Assembly (NCBI GenBank): GCA_003159495.1
Contig: PLPI01000055.1
Coordinates: 3,275-67,274 of the forward strand
Direction of reading: 5' to 3'
DNA from: a candidate division FCPU426 bacterium
GTDB taxonomy: Bacteria; Oederibacteriota; PGYV01; Palsa-1178
DNA: 64,000 nt
Positions 8,241 to 18,385 of the stretch are shown here, piece after piece. Under the pieces are notes generated by a model. It was given only the letters and a program-made list of their open reading frames with translations, ran no database searches and was not told where the DNA came from. Numbering within the stretch: position 1 is the first letter of the stretch; each line of letters begins with the position of its first letter. Position numbers and translations under genes: made by a program.

Positions 8241-9743
8241 ATGCCTATTGAACTGGCCAATTTACTGAACTCGGCAAAAAACTGGTGGAAATCACTTCAG
8301 CCCGGGCAGAAGACGGGGCTTATGATTACCGGGCTTATAGCGGCGCTTTTAGGCGGCGGGATATTTTATTGGGCGGCGACGCCGGAATATAAACCGCTCT
8401 TTACCAATTTAAGCGATACGGATTCCGCCAAGATAGTGAAAAAACTTGAGGACGACAAGGTGCCGTATAAACTCGACAAAAACACGGGCGCCGTTATGGT
8501 GGCCCAGAACATGCTCATGCAGGAAAGGATAAAAATAGCCGGAACAGGCATGTCCATCGGGGGCGGGGTCGGATTCGAACTTTTTGACAAGACAAATTTC
8601 GGCATGAGCGACGAGGAGAGAAAGATAAACTACCAGAGGGCCCTGCAGACGGAACTTGAAAGGACCATAGACAATATTTCCGGGATTGAAAAATCCAGGG
8701 TACACCTGACAATACCCGATGAAAAATTATTCGACGACGAACAGCCGCAGGCAAAGGCATCGGTTTACCTCAAATTAAAGTCCGGCGTGACGCTTGACAA
8801 GGAGCAGATACTCGGCATACAGAACCTGGTTGCAAGCAGCGTAGAAAGGCTCTCAACCGATGGAGTGGCGTTGATATCAACGGACGGAAAAATACTCACA
8901 GAATTCTCAAAAGGCGCCGATTCAGACATCAGCGACAAAAAACTGGAACTCACCAGCCATGTGGAGGACTATTACAGGAATAAAATACAATCTTTTCTGG
9001 ATAATATCCTGGGGTCAGGCAATTCAACGGTGCGTGTGAGCGCGGATCTGCAGTTTGACAAGGTGGAAAAAGCAAGGGAATCACACACACCGCAGCCGCA
9101 GCAGGCCGCGGTGAAATCCGAAGATTCAACATCCGAGGGTGTGGCGCCTTCAAACGCGGCAATGGTCACAACAAATTCCACACTTCCGGCTCCGCCGGTT
9201 GTAAGGCAGAAAAAATCGGTCAATTATGAATTAAACAGTGAGTCGGAAAGAACGGTCGTAACGCCGGGAGATGTCAAGTCCGTAACTGTTGCCGTGGTGC
9301 TTAACGGTAAATATGACCAGAAATATCTGGACTCGCTTAAACAGTCCATAGCGGCCGCAACCGGAATAAACATCAAAAATGGGGATGCCATAGACATTAA
9401 GGCGATGGAATTTAAGGCGTCGATTTCAGACGAGGAGAAGGCAAAAATAGACTCTCTGGCCAGCCGGGACTATTATTTCAGCCTTGTAAAAGACTACCTG
9501 CCGGCTCTGGCCCTGATAATCATAGGCGTCTTTTTCGCGATAAACATGGGAAAAGGGGTGCAGGTACTCTCAAAAGGGATGTTTGTCCCGATGACACATG
9601 ATAATGGCAATGGAAACGGGAATGGCAATGGAAACGGCAACGGGAACGGCCATGGAAAAAATGTGAAACCCGAGGACATACTAAAAATGGCAAGAGAAAA
9701 CCCAAAAGAAGCTGCCAAGGTAATAAAGTCATGGATATCATAA
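8241..9743 (+). CDS. fliF: Flagellar MS-ring protein FliF
   Basis: 500 aa with an N-terminal TM segment, a periplasmic ring region and a C-terminal TM segment; conserved position before fliG. Confidence 0.9.
   Translation: MPIELANLLNSAKNWWKSLQPGQKTGLMITGLIAALLGGGIFYWAATPEYKPLFTNLSDTDSAKIVKKLEDDKVPYKLDKNTGAVMVAQNMLMQERIKIAGTGMSIGGGVGFELFDKTNFGMSDEERKINYQRALQTELERTIDNISGIEKSRVHLTIPDEKLFDDEQPQAKASVYLKLKSGVTLDKEQILGIQNLVASSVERLSTDGVALISTDGKILTEFSKGADSDISDKKLELTSHVEDYYRNKIQSFLDNILGSGNSTVRVSADLQFDKVEKARESHTPQPQQAAVKSEDSTSEGVAPSNAAMVTTNSTLPAPPVVRQKKSVNYELNSESERTVVTPGDVKSVTVAVVLNGKYDQKYLDSLKQSIAAATGINIKNGDAIDIKAMEFKASISDEEKAKIDSLASRDYYFSLVKDYLPALALIIIGVFFAINMGKGVQVLSKGMFVPMTHDNGNGNGNGNGNGNGNGHGKNVKPEDILKMARENPKEAAKVIKSWIS
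9603..9656 (+). repeat. In-frame hexanucleotide (Asn-Gly)n repeat inside fliF
   Basis: aatggc/aacggg units encode NGNGNGNGNGNGNGNGHG in the FliF C-terminal linker. Confidence 0.7.
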
Positions 9744-9759
9744 TAATGGAGACAAGATA

Positions 9760-10761
9760 ATGGCCGCAACAATTGAAAAAGGAAAGGATTTCGCGAAGGT
9801 GGCGAAACTCATAGTTGCGCTCGGCTCCGAGTTTTCGAAGGATATATTAAAATATCTTAACGAGAACGAGGTTAACCGTGTAATAAAGGAAGTCATGGAT
9901 CTCGGTGAAATTTCAATGGAAGAAAGGCTCGCGATCATACGCGATTTTACACTTTCCATGGTGGAGGCGGATGAAAAAAGCTCCGGCGGGTATACTGCGG
10001 CAAAGGAAATACTTTCGAACCTTTATGACACAAAAAAAGCCGATGAGATGATATCTTTTTTAAGGCCGGACGAAGGGCCGTTCAAGTTTATTGAGGAACT
10101 TGAAACCGAGAAAGTATTCGAAGCCATAAAGAACGAACCGGCGCAGATAATCGCGGTTATTGTTACATTCACCTCGGCTGAAAAAGGGGCGGATATACTG
10201 AGTTTTATGACAAAGGAAGTCAGGGCGGATATCGCAAGGCGCATAGGGGACATTGAAAAGGCCGAGCCGGACGCCGAGATGATAAATGAAATAATATCCA
10301 TACTTAAGTCCAAGCTGGTCCAGAAAAAGGAAATCAAGATAAACGGCCTGGAAAAACTCATAAAAATACTGCACGAAGTCGACAAAAAACAGCTCAAGGA
10401 AATACTGGACATACTGGAAAAAGACTCGCCCGAAATGGCCACAATAATCAAAAAGGAACTTTTCAGGTTCGAGGACCTGAAGGCCATCGAGGACAGGTAC
10501 ATGCAGAGGATACTGCGCGAGGTGGAGGGAAAAGAGCTTGTCCTTGCGTTAAAGGGGGTTTCCGAGGAATTAAAGACAAAAATATTCACAAATATGTCGG
10601 AGCGCGGGGCCGAGATGATAAAAGACGACATGGAGGCTACCGGACCGTTAAAAAGGCAGATAGTCGAGGAATCCCAGCAGAAGGTCCTTAACGTTGTTAG
10701 AAAGCTTGAGGCCAGCGGTGAAATAGTGCTGGAAGGGGGCAATCCAGATGTTGTTGTATAG
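9760..10761 (+). CDS. fliG: Flagellar motor switch protein FliG
   Basis: 333 aa; a typical FliG N-terminus and C-terminal torque-helix region. Confidence 0.9.
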   Translation: MAATIEKGKDFAKVAKLIVALGSEFSKDILKYLNENEVNRVIKEVMDLGEISMEERLAIIRDFTLSMVEADEKSSGGYTAAKEILSNLYDTKKADEMISFLRPDEGPFKFIEELETEKVFEAIKNEPAQIIAVIVTFTSAEKGADILSFMTKEVRADIARRIGDIEKAEPDAEMINEIISILKSKLVQKKEIKINGLEKLIKILHEVDKKQLKEILDILEKDSPEMATIIKKELFRFEDLKAIEDRYMQRILREVEGKELVLALKGVSEELKTKIFTNMSERGAEMIKDDMEATGPLKRQIVEESQQKVLNVVRKLEASGEIVLEGGNPDVVV

Positions 10762-12667
10762 GATATTAAAGAATACAAAAAAGCCCCAGGACAGCGCGAT
10801 AATATCGACGGCGTCCGGAATGGGCACGGCGGCGGATGATGCGGCCGCGGCGCAGGTCAGGGGAGAAGAATACTCGCGCGGATATGAGGATGCAAAACAG
10901 GAGTTTGAAAAACTGCTTGTGACGCAGACCCGGGAAGCGCAAATACTGGCGGAAAAAAAAGCAAGGGAGGGTTTTAAGGCCCTGCTTGCGCTTGTTTTGA
11001 AAAAATACGGGGCGCTTGAAGCCGGCCGCCGCTCGGAAAATATGAATGTCATCGCTGCGGTGCTGAAGAACATACTTGCGGATTCAAAAACCGACGAGGC
11101 GTGGATGAAAAGTTCAATCGAGGCGTCAATGGCTAATTTCTCGCAGTATGAAGAGGTTGACATATACCTCAGCGAGGCTGATTTTGACGCGCTTGCTGCA
11201 AGCGGGCTGGCCGTGGAACTTGAAAAATCACGCAAGGGCATCACCATTAAAAAGGACCGTTCGCTTTTGAGGGGAGATTGCATAGTGGAATCCGGCAGCA
11301 GGGCCGTGGACGCGACCATAAATGAAAAGATCAAGAATGCCGTGGAAAAAACAGCAGCGGGAGAGGAAATAAAATCCGATACAAGCCTTGTGACGGTCGA
11401 GGGCGTGGTAAAGGAAATAGTGGGCAATGTAATTGAAGTAGAGGGGCTTGAATGTTCAATTGGCGATATGTGCGACATATTCACAAAAGACAATAAAAAA
11501 AGGATAAAGTCGGAATCCGTCGGATACAGGGACGGAAAAAATCTTTTAATGCCGCTTGATGAAATGCAGGGCGTCGGGCCGAACAGCCGGGTGATTGACC
11601 TTAAACAGCAGTTCGAACTGGGCCTCGGCGGTGATATGCTGGGGCGGGTTCTTGACGGACTCGGCAACCCGATTGACGGCGGGCCGGCGATAAAAATAAC
11701 GGAGAAGCGTTCCATATATGGAAAATCAACAACGCCGTTTGAACGCGACAGGATAAACGAAAGGCTTACGACCGGAATAAAGGCGATTGATTCCATGTTC
11801 ACATGCGGCAAGGGGCAGAGAATGGGCATTTTCTCCGGAAGCGGAGTCGGCAAATCTTCGCTTATGGGCATGATGGCGCGCAATACATCAGCCGAAATTA
11901 TAGTGATCGGACTTATAGGGGAAAGAGGAAGGGAAGTAAAGGATTTTATTGAAAAGGACCTGAAAGAAGAGGGGCTCAAAAGGGCCGTGGTTGTCGCGGC
12001 GACATCGGACAGAAGCGCGCTGGAACGCGTGCACGGAGCCATGGCGGCGACAACAATCGCGGAGTTCTTCAAAGACCGCGGCATGAACGTGCTTTTGATG
12101 ATGGATTCAGTCACGCGTTACGCGACGGCGCTGAGGGAAATAGGGCTTGCCACCGGCGAGCCGCCGTCGACAAAGGGTTACACACCATCTGTTTTTACAA
12201 AACTCCCGAAGCTCCTGGAACGCTCGGGAAATTTTGTGAAGGGCGGGTCAATCACCGCGTTTTACACGGTGCTCGTGGAAGGCGACGACATGAACGAGCC
12301 AATTGCCGATTCAGTGCGCTCAATACTCGACGGACACATAGTGCTCTCCAGGAAACTTGCCACGCGCAACCATTATCCGGCAATCGACGTGACGGCGTCC
12401 ATAAGCAGGCTTATGACCGACATAGTCCCCGAGGCCCAGGTAAAAACAGCCGGAAAGGCAAAGGAAACAGTCTCAATAATGCAGGAGATGGAGGATCTAA
12501 TAAATATAGGCGCCTATAAAAAAGGGGCCAACCCGAAGGTCGACAACGCGCGCCGTATAATCGAACAACTGAACCTGTTCCTTAAACAGGGAATAAATGA
12601 AAAAAGCGACTCGGTAAAGGGGCTGTCAGATCTTGAAAATATATTGAAAATGGAGGCTAAAAAATGA
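10748..12667 (+). CDS. fliI: Fused FliH-FliI (export-ATPase regulator plus ATPase) in one 639-aa ORF
   Basis: Residues ~40-205 carry the FliH C-terminal signature (VDIYLSEADFDAL ... LLRGDCIVESGSRAVDATINEKI). Residues ~210-639 are a FliI ATPase with Walker A GSGVGKS. No stop codon separates the two parts. Confidence 0.85.
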   Translation: MLLYRILKNTKKPQDSAIISTASGMGTAADDAAAAQVRGEEYSRGYEDAKQEFEKLLVTQTREAQILAEKKAREGFKALLALVLKKYGALEAGRRSENMNVIAAVLKNILADSKTDEAWMKSSIEASMANFSQYEEVDIYLSEADFDALAASGLAVELEKSRKGITIKKDRSLLRGDCIVESGSRAVDATINEKIKNAVEKTAAGEEIKSDTSLVTVEGVVKEIVGNVIEVEGLECSIGDMCDIFTKDNKKRIKSESVGYRDGKNLLMPLDEMQGVGPNSRVIDLKQQFELGLGGDMLGRVLDGLGNPIDGGPAIKITEKRSIYGKSTTPFERDRINERLTTGIKAIDSMFTCGKGQRMGIFSGSGVGKSSLMGMMARNTSAEIIVIGLIGERGREVKDFIEKDLKEEGLKRAVVVAATSDRSALERVHGAMAATTIAEFFKDRGMNVLLMMDSVTRYATALREIGLATGEPPSTKGYTPSVFTKLPKLLERSGNFVKGGSITAFYTVLVEGDDMNEPIADSVRSILDGHIVLSRKLATRNHYPAIDVTASISRLMTDIVPEAQVKTAGKAKETVSIMQEMEDLINIGAYKKGANPKVDNARRIIEQLNLFLKQGINEKSDSVKGLSDLENILKMEAKK

Positions 12668-13131
12668 GCGCATTCAAGTACAGGTTTGAAAAAATACTTA
12701 AAAACAAGGAACATAACGAGGATGAGATAAAAAAACAGTGTGATTCGGCAAGGACGCTGATAAGCCTTGAGAAGATCAAACTCAACGTAGCCGCTGAAAA
12801 AGAGATGCTCATGAGGCAGACTATGCTGAAAAATAGTTCATCGGGAAAACGCACCATCCAGGACATGAACGAGATAAAGTCGTTTCACACATACCTGGTT
12901 TACCTTGAAGAATTTATGAAAAGAAAGAAAGAGCAGATAGCCGTACTTGAGGCAAAACTTGAAGGGCTGCACAACGAGCTCACGGCGGCCAGGGTGGAAA
13001 AAATGACATACGAGAAGATACGGGAGAGGGATGAGAAAGTCTTTGGCGACACGGAAAACCGGAATGAGCAGAAGGCTTCGGATGAATACGCGGTATTTAA
13101 ATTCAGGGCGCAGAGCGCGGGATTAAATTAG
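12664..13131 (+). CDS. fliJ: Flagellar export protein FliJ
   Basis: 155-aa coiled-coil protein directly after fliI. Confidence 0.7.
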   Translation: MSAFKYRFEKILKNKEHNEDEIKKQCDSARTLISLEKIKLNVAAEKEMLMRQTMLKNSSSGKRTIQDMNEIKSFHTYLVYLEEFMKRKKEQIAVLEAKLEGLHNELTAARVEKMTYEKIRERDEKVFGDTENRNEQKASDEYAVFKFRAQSAGLN

Positions 13132-13139
13132 GAGCGCGT

Positions 13140-14291
13140 ATGAAAATACACATGACGCAAAACGCCTCAAACCTTAAAGCTGTGAAAGAACCGGCTGAAA
13201 AGACGATTCCGGATATGATAAAATCGGATCCGAAGGTTTTTAAAACCGCGCTTATTTCAGCCTCGGAGGAGGAACTTGCCGCTTTAAAGGACGCGTATGT
13301 TAAAAAAAGTGCGGATAAAGACGAGCCGGATCTTGAAGAGGGTAAAAAGAAAAAAAACAGCGCTTCCGCAGGCAGCAAGGCGCAGGAGTGTGAAAAGGAA
13401 AAAGACGGGAAAAAAACAGAATCAATCCCGGCATTTTATTCAGCGGCTCTTACGGACGCCGTAAATACGGCGATTCAGCCTCAAAAGGCGGCGGTAAACG
13501 TAAAAACCGCCAGGCAGTCAGCCTCAATAAGCGTGGAAACACCGGCGGATACCGGATTAAAAAACACGCCGGTCAATTCAACCCGCAGTAAGCCGGTCGG
13601 GATCGAAACAGCCGCGGTTAAAACGCAGGAGGAACAGCCGGAGCAGGAGACCGCGGCGTCAAAGACCGGAATAGCGGTAACTTCGATATCCATAACGGCT
13701 TCACGCGCAAAAAACAATGATAATTCAAAATCAGATGATACGGCCGGACAGAACAGGGATAATATTTTTGCGCCCGGGCAGACGGCCGCCGAAAGCGCAA
13801 AACAGGGGGATTTTCAGCCGGCGCTGGACGCGGACAAATCGCAGGGAGCCCAGCAGATAATAAAGACAATGGGGAGCCAGTTAAAGGCATCATTTGAAAA
13901 ACCGCCGGAAAAAGGGGTTGAATATACCGCTGTTATAAAACTTTCCCCGCCGTCGCTCGGGGCTATGGAAATAAGGACTGTTTTAAAAGACGACAATACG
14001 ATAAGCGTAAAAATAACAGCTTCAAAACAGGACACAATAACCATGCTTACCGCAAATTCAGATACGCTGAAAAATGAGCTGTCAGGAGTCTTTCAGGGAA
14101 ACGCGGGCGGGCTCGACGTAAGCGTGGGTTCGCAGCAGCAACAAGACGCTGCCGCACAGAATTTTAACGGCGATGGCCGGCAGAATACGGGAGAACAGAC
14201 GGTTTATCAGGAGAGCGCTTATATACACAGCGCCCCGGCGGCGGCGCATTATACGCCCGCATATGCTGAAAAAAATGAATACCTTGTTTAA
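13140..14291 (+). CDS. fliK: Hook-length control protein FliK
   Basis: C-terminal Flg_hook-like segment LSPPSLGAMEIRTVLKDDNTISVKITA...LKNELSG; position before flgD. Confidence 0.7.
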   Translation: MKIHMTQNASNLKAVKEPAEKTIPDMIKSDPKVFKTALISASEEELAALKDAYVKKSADKDEPDLEEGKKKKNSASAGSKAQECEKEKDGKKTESIPAFYSAALTDAVNTAIQPQKAAVNVKTARQSASISVETPADTGLKNTPVNSTRSKPVGIETAAVKTQEEQPEQETAASKTGIAVTSISITASRAKNNDNSKSDDTAGQNRDNIFAPGQTAAESAKQGDFQPALDADKSQGAQQIIKTMGSQLKASFEKPPEKGVEYTAVIKLSPPSLGAMEIRTVLKDDNTISVKITASKQDTITMLTANSDTLKNELSGVFQGNAGGLDVSVGSQQQQDAAAQNFNGDGRQNTGEQTVYQESAYIHSAPAAAHYTPAYAEKNEYLV

Positions 14292-14303
14292 AGGAGGAAG
14301 TAT

Positions 14304-14729
14304 ATGTCGACAACAGATCCGGTAACAGGAGTTACATCAACGGGAACGGGAACGTCCGCAACGGACTCGACAAGCGCTACGCAGACCCTGGGCGAGTCTG
14401 ATTTTCTGCAGTTGCTTGTCACGGAGCTTCAAAACCAGGATCCGCTTAATCCGGTCGACAACAAGGAATTTATCGCGGAGCTGGCGCAGTTTTCCAGCCT
14501 CGAGCAGATGCAGAATATGAACACAAGTTTTCAGACACTGCTAACCCAGCAGAGCCTTTCACAGTTGAATTTTGCCGTAAATCTCGTGAATCACAACATT
14601 GTAGGAACGGACAGTTCCGGCAACCAGGTGACAGGCGCGGTGACAAATATAGATTACAGTTCAGGAAACACGAGCGTGGTAGTGAACAACACGAGCGTGA
14701 GCCTTGCCAATATAATAAAAATATACTAA
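14304..14729 (+). CDS. flgD: Hook capping/assembly protein FlgD
   Basis: FLQLLVTELQNQDPLNP motif. Confidence 0.85.
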   Translation: MSTTDPVTGVTSTGTGTSATDSTSATQTLGESDFLQLLVTELQNQDPLNPVDNKEFIAELAQFSSLEQMQNMNTSFQTLLTQQSLSQLNFAVNLVNHNIVGTDSSGNQVTGAVTNIDYSSGNTSVVVNNTSVSLANIIKIY

Positions 14730-14760
14730 AAATTAAAAAGTTTAAAGGAGGCGGTTAATT

Positions 14761-16002
14761 ATGATGAGGTCATTGAACGCGGGAGTTTCGGGGCTGCAGC
14801 AGTACCAGGAAATGATGGATGTGGTGGGCAACAACATCGCCAACGTGAATACAGTCGGTTATAAGGCAAACGAAGTCACCCTGGAAGATATGATATCGCA
14901 GACTGAGGCCGGGGCCATGGCGCCAACGGACGATTCAGGCGGAACGGATCCCAGGCAGGTCGGGCTCGGTGTTACCAGCGGCACAATCAGCACGATATTC
15001 ACACAGGGAAACCTGCAGACAAGTTCATCGCCAACGGATCTGGCAATTCAGGGAAACGGATTTTTTATCCTGACACAGGGCAACAGCGCGACGCAATATT
15101 ATACAAGGGATGGGTCGTTTAATGTTGACGCCAATAACAACCTTGTAAATCCGAGCAATGGAATGGAAGTACAGGGGTGGATGGCGGACGCCAACGGGGA
15201 TATTAATACCAGCGCGCCGCTGCAGAATTTAACCATACCCATGGGAGAATTGATGACATCAAAACAAACCGACGCTGCATCTTATGTGGGAAACCTTGAT
15301 TCCACGCAGACTGCCGGGCCCACATCGGATTACCAGAACACTCTTCAGGTTTATGATTCCCTGGGGAACAGCCACCTTGTGACGGTTACCTTTGAAAAAA
15401 CAGCGGTGACGAACGAATGGCAGTGGACAGCGTCGGGGCCGGATATAACAGTGGGGCCGGACAACACCGGAGTTATTGATTTCGATACCAATGGAAATTT
15501 TGTGGACCAGACGGGCACGCTTGAACTGGATGTTGCGGCGCAGGGAGCGATGAGCCCGCTTGACATTAATCCCAATTTCAGCGGTGTGACACAGTTCGGT
15601 ACGGCGTCGACAATTACGGTTGGCAGCCAGGATGGTTATGCGCCTGGAGTCCTTCAGTCATTTACCATAGGGCAGGATGGGTCAATAACTGGGGTATATT
15701 CCAACGGTTCGACAAAAGATGTTGGCCAGATAGCGCTGGCTTCATTCAGAAACCCCGGCGGATTGGTCAAGGTGGGTTCGTCAAATTACCAGTCCAGTCC
15801 GAATTCCGGTATAGCCGATATTGGCGGCGCAACAACCGGATCCAGGGGCAGTATTATATCTGGAAGCCTTGAAATGTCAAATGTCGACCTGTCACAGGAG
15901 TTTACGAATATGATAGTTGACGAGAGAGCTTACCAGGCCAATTCCAAGATAATACAGACGGGCGATGAAATGCTCCAGACCCTCATCGGCCTGAAAAGGT
16001 AG
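14761..16002 (+). CDS. flgE: Flagellar hook protein FlgE
   Basis: N-terminal GVSGLQ...NNIANVNTVGYK and C-terminal EFTNMIVDERAYQANSK motifs. Confidence 0.9.
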   Translation: MMRSLNAGVSGLQQYQEMMDVVGNNIANVNTVGYKANEVTLEDMISQTEAGAMAPTDDSGGTDPRQVGLGVTSGTISTIFTQGNLQTSSSPTDLAIQGNGFFILTQGNSATQYYTRDGSFNVDANNNLVNPSNGMEVQGWMADANGDINTSAPLQNLTIPMGELMTSKQTDAASYVGNLDSTQTAGPTSDYQNTLQVYDSLGNSHLVTVTFEKTAVTNEWQWTASGPDITVGPDNTGVIDFDTNGNFVDQTGTLELDVAAQGAMSPLDINPNFSGVTQFGTASTITVGSQDGYAPGVLQSFTIGQDGSITGVYSNGSTKDVGQIALASFRNPGGLVKVGSSNYQSSPNSGIADIGGATTGSRGSIISGSLEMSNVDLSQEFTNMIVDERAYQANSKIIQTGDEMLQTLIGLKR

Positions 16003-16011
16003 CGTGGAAAA

Positions 16012-16200
16012 ATGGTAAAACTAACAAGGCTCGACGGGACGCCGGTCTATATAAATGAAAATTTTATAGAGATACTTGACGCGTCCCCCGATTCCGCAAT
16101 TACGCTTCACAACGGGACGACTTTTGTGGTTAAGGAAACGCCGGAAAAAATCCTTGACATGATAGAGAAGTGGAACAAAAAAAACAGGACGGGAAGGTAA
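16012..16200 (+). CDS. flbD: Flagellar protein FlbD
   Basis: 62 aa starting MVKLTRLDGTPVYINENFIEIL; FlbD family. Confidence 0.8.
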   Translation: MVKLTRLDGTPVYINENFIEILDASPDSAITLHNGTTFVVKETPEKILDMIEKWNKKNRTGR

Positions 16201-16206
16201 AATAAA

Positions 16207-17022
16207 ATGGACATAATCACAACACTGGGGCTTGTCATTGCGTGGGCATCCCTCATTGGGTCGGTGGTTATCGAGGGAATAGAGGGCGGGTCGGGTGTCA
16301 ACGTGTCCATGTTCGTCAAGATGGGCCCGATACTGCTGGTATTCGGCGGTACGTTCGGCGCGGCAATGATAGGGCTGACCAAGGAAGAGGTGATGGCCAT
16401 TCCGTCGCATATAAAAAAGGCGTTTTTTAACTCCGGGGCGAACTGTCCGGACATAATAAAAATGCTTGTTAATTTTTCCAGGCAGGTGCGCCGCGACGGA
16501 CTGCTGGTGCTTGAAAAACAGACAAAGAGCATAACGAACGAGTTTATGCGCAAAGGTGTTCAGCTGCTGGTCGACGGAGTTGACATGAACCATATAAGGC
16601 TCATCATGGAGACCGACATTATATTTTTAAAACAGAGGCATGCGGAATCCCAGGATTTTTTTTCGAAGCTGGGAGGGTTTTCCCCGACCCTTGGAATAAT
16701 CGGGACGGTCATGGGGCTGGTAAACATGCTTTCAAATCTTTCGGATCCTTCGACAATGGGGCCCGCCATTGCGTCGGCTTTTATCGCTACCCTTTACGGC
16801 GTTTCAATGGCTAATCTGGTGTACCTGCCGATAGCCAATAAGCTGAAAAAAATCAGCGCCAATGAGGTCATCGAAAGAAGGATAATGCTCGAGGGGCTGC
16901 TTTCCATTCAGGCCGGCGACAACCCCAGGATTATTGAAGAAAGGCTCCTTTCGTTTATAGCGCCTAAACAAAGGGATGAGGGACGCAGTAAAAAAGGCGC
17001 CGCCGCAAAAGAAGCAAAATAA
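16207..17022 (+). CDS. motA: Flagellar stator protein MotA
   Basis: Four TM segments; PTLGIIGTVMGLVNML motif. Confidence 0.85.
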   Translation: MDIITTLGLVIAWASLIGSVVIEGIEGGSGVNVSMFVKMGPILLVFGGTFGAAMIGLTKEEVMAIPSHIKKAFFNSGANCPDIIKMLVNFSRQVRRDGLLVLEKQTKSITNEFMRKGVQLLVDGVDMNHIRLIMETDIIFLKQRHAESQDFFSKLGGFSPTLGIIGTVMGLVNMLSNLSDPSTMGPAIASAFIATLYGVSMANLVYLPIANKLKKISANEVIERRIMLEGLLSIQAGDNPRIIEERLLSFIAPKQRDEGRSKKGAAAKEAK

Positions 17023-17045
17023 CCGGTTAACAAAAGGGAGATAAA

Positions 17046-17855
17046 ATGGCATCACAAACGCCGCCTCCGGGCGGGCTCAATGACGAGGACCACGGCCACG
17101 ATAACGAAGAGCGCTGGCTGTTGACATACGCGGATATGATGACCCTGCTCGTGGCGTTTTTTATAATGATGTACTCGATGTCGGTGCTGAACCTGGCGAA
17201 ATTCAAACAGATAGCCCTCTCGATAAAAAGCGGGTTTATGGGCGAGATGGAGGGCAAAAAGGGGCAGGCCGTGATAAACGAGGACAACAATATGTCCATA
17301 CAGCCCATTGTGCTGACCAAATCGACTGCTGATGAGAGCGGCGGGGCAAAAAGCATGACGAACGAGACTTCCGCAGTATCCGCCAACGACGCGATATTCG
17401 CAAACCTTAAAAAACAGCTTATTGACCTTAAAATAAGCAAAAAACTGCAGGGTTTGATTGATATACAGCAAAAAGAGGGAAATATTTATATTGTAATAAT
17501 AACGGACAAGATATTCTTTAAGCCCGGCGACGCGGTTTTGACCGACCCTGCGAAAGAAATTTTGACGGATATAGGCGGGATGCTCAAGCCGCTGAAAAAT
17601 GAGGTTTCGGTTGAAGGGTACACTTCGGTGACGCCTCCGGCAAAGAGTTTATACAGGAACAACTGGGAATTATCGGCGGCAAGGGCGGTATCGGTTATAA
17701 GCTTTTTTCAGAGCGAGAGCAAGATTGAGCCTGCAAGGCTTTCGCTGACGGGTTACGGACAGTGGCGGCCGGTTTTCGGGGCAAAAGATACTGATGAGAA
17801 AAACGACAGGGTTCTTATCGCCGTTATGAAAAAAACATTCAGGGGAGGTAAATAA
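17046..17855 (+). CDS. motB: Flagellar stator protein MotB
   Basis: WLLTYADMMTLL plug/TM region with conserved Asp; OmpA-like C-terminal domain. Confidence 0.85.
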   Translation: MASQTPPPGGLNDEDHGHDNEERWLLTYADMMTLLVAFFIMMYSMSVLNLAKFKQIALSIKSGFMGEMEGKKGQAVINEDNNMSIQPIVLTKSTADESGGAKSMTNETSAVSANDAIFANLKKQLIDLKISKKLQGLIDIQQKEGNIYIVIITDKIFFKPGDAVLTDPAKEILTDIGGMLKPLKNEVSVEGYTSVTPPAKSLYRNNWELSAARAVSVISFFQSESKIEPARLSLTGYGQWRPVFGAKDTDEKNDRVLIAVMKKTFRGGK

Positions 17856-17856
17856 G

Positions 17857-18369
17857 ATGGCTGATGAAGCGCAAAAACCCAAAGAGGAAGCGGTAAAAAA
17901 AGCCGGGGCGCCGGGTGTGATGGTGCTGGCGGCAATTATGGTGGGAGGGGCGTTTTTGTCGTCGTTTTTGACGGCAAAATTTATCTCTCCGGGTGCGGCC
18001 GCGCCGGCCGCAAGTCAGGCCGGAAAGGATCCGGCGAGCCTTCCAAAAGACAAGGCCAAAACCGTCACTACATTTTATAAGCTGGGCGAATTCATTGTAA
18101 ACCTGGCAAACAAGGAAGCAACGCGGTATTTAAAGACAGATATAACAATCGAGATAGTCGACTCCAAGGATGTTGAAAAACTTATAAAAGAAAAAGAGGC
18201 CATGTACCGAGACGCGATAATCCAGAAACTCAGCGAATACTCCACCCAGCAGTTGGGTACGCCGGACGGCAAGGAGAAAATGAAACAGGACCTGATAGCC
18301 GCCATATCCGGGCTTGACACGGCAATAAAAGTGGTAAATTTATATTTCAATTCCCTGATGATGCAGTAA
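17857..18369 (+). CDS. fliL: Flagellar basal body-associated protein FliL
   Basis: Single TM segment, then FYKLGEFIVNLAN...YLKTDITIEI, which is typical of FliL. Confidence 0.8.
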   Translation: MADEAQKPKEEAVKKAGAPGVMVLAAIMVGGAFLSSFLTAKFISPGAAAPAASQAGKDPASLPKDKAKTVTTFYKLGEFIVNLANKEATRYLKTDITIEIVDSKDVEKLIKEKEAMYRDAIIQKLSEYSTQQLGTPDGKEKMKQDLIAAISGLDTAIKVVNLYFNSLMMQ

Positions 18370-18385
18370 AAAAGGAGGGGAAAAA

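Noticed and set aside
10648-12114. 488-aa minus-strand ORF (also 10023..10778 and several 60-250-aa minus-strand ORFs across 8300-61400)
   Set aside because: They lie antisense to well-supported conserved flagellar and other genes, and their translations are low-complexity Ser/Pro/Phe-rich strings with no motifs, typical of shadow ORFs opposite GC-skewed coding sequence.
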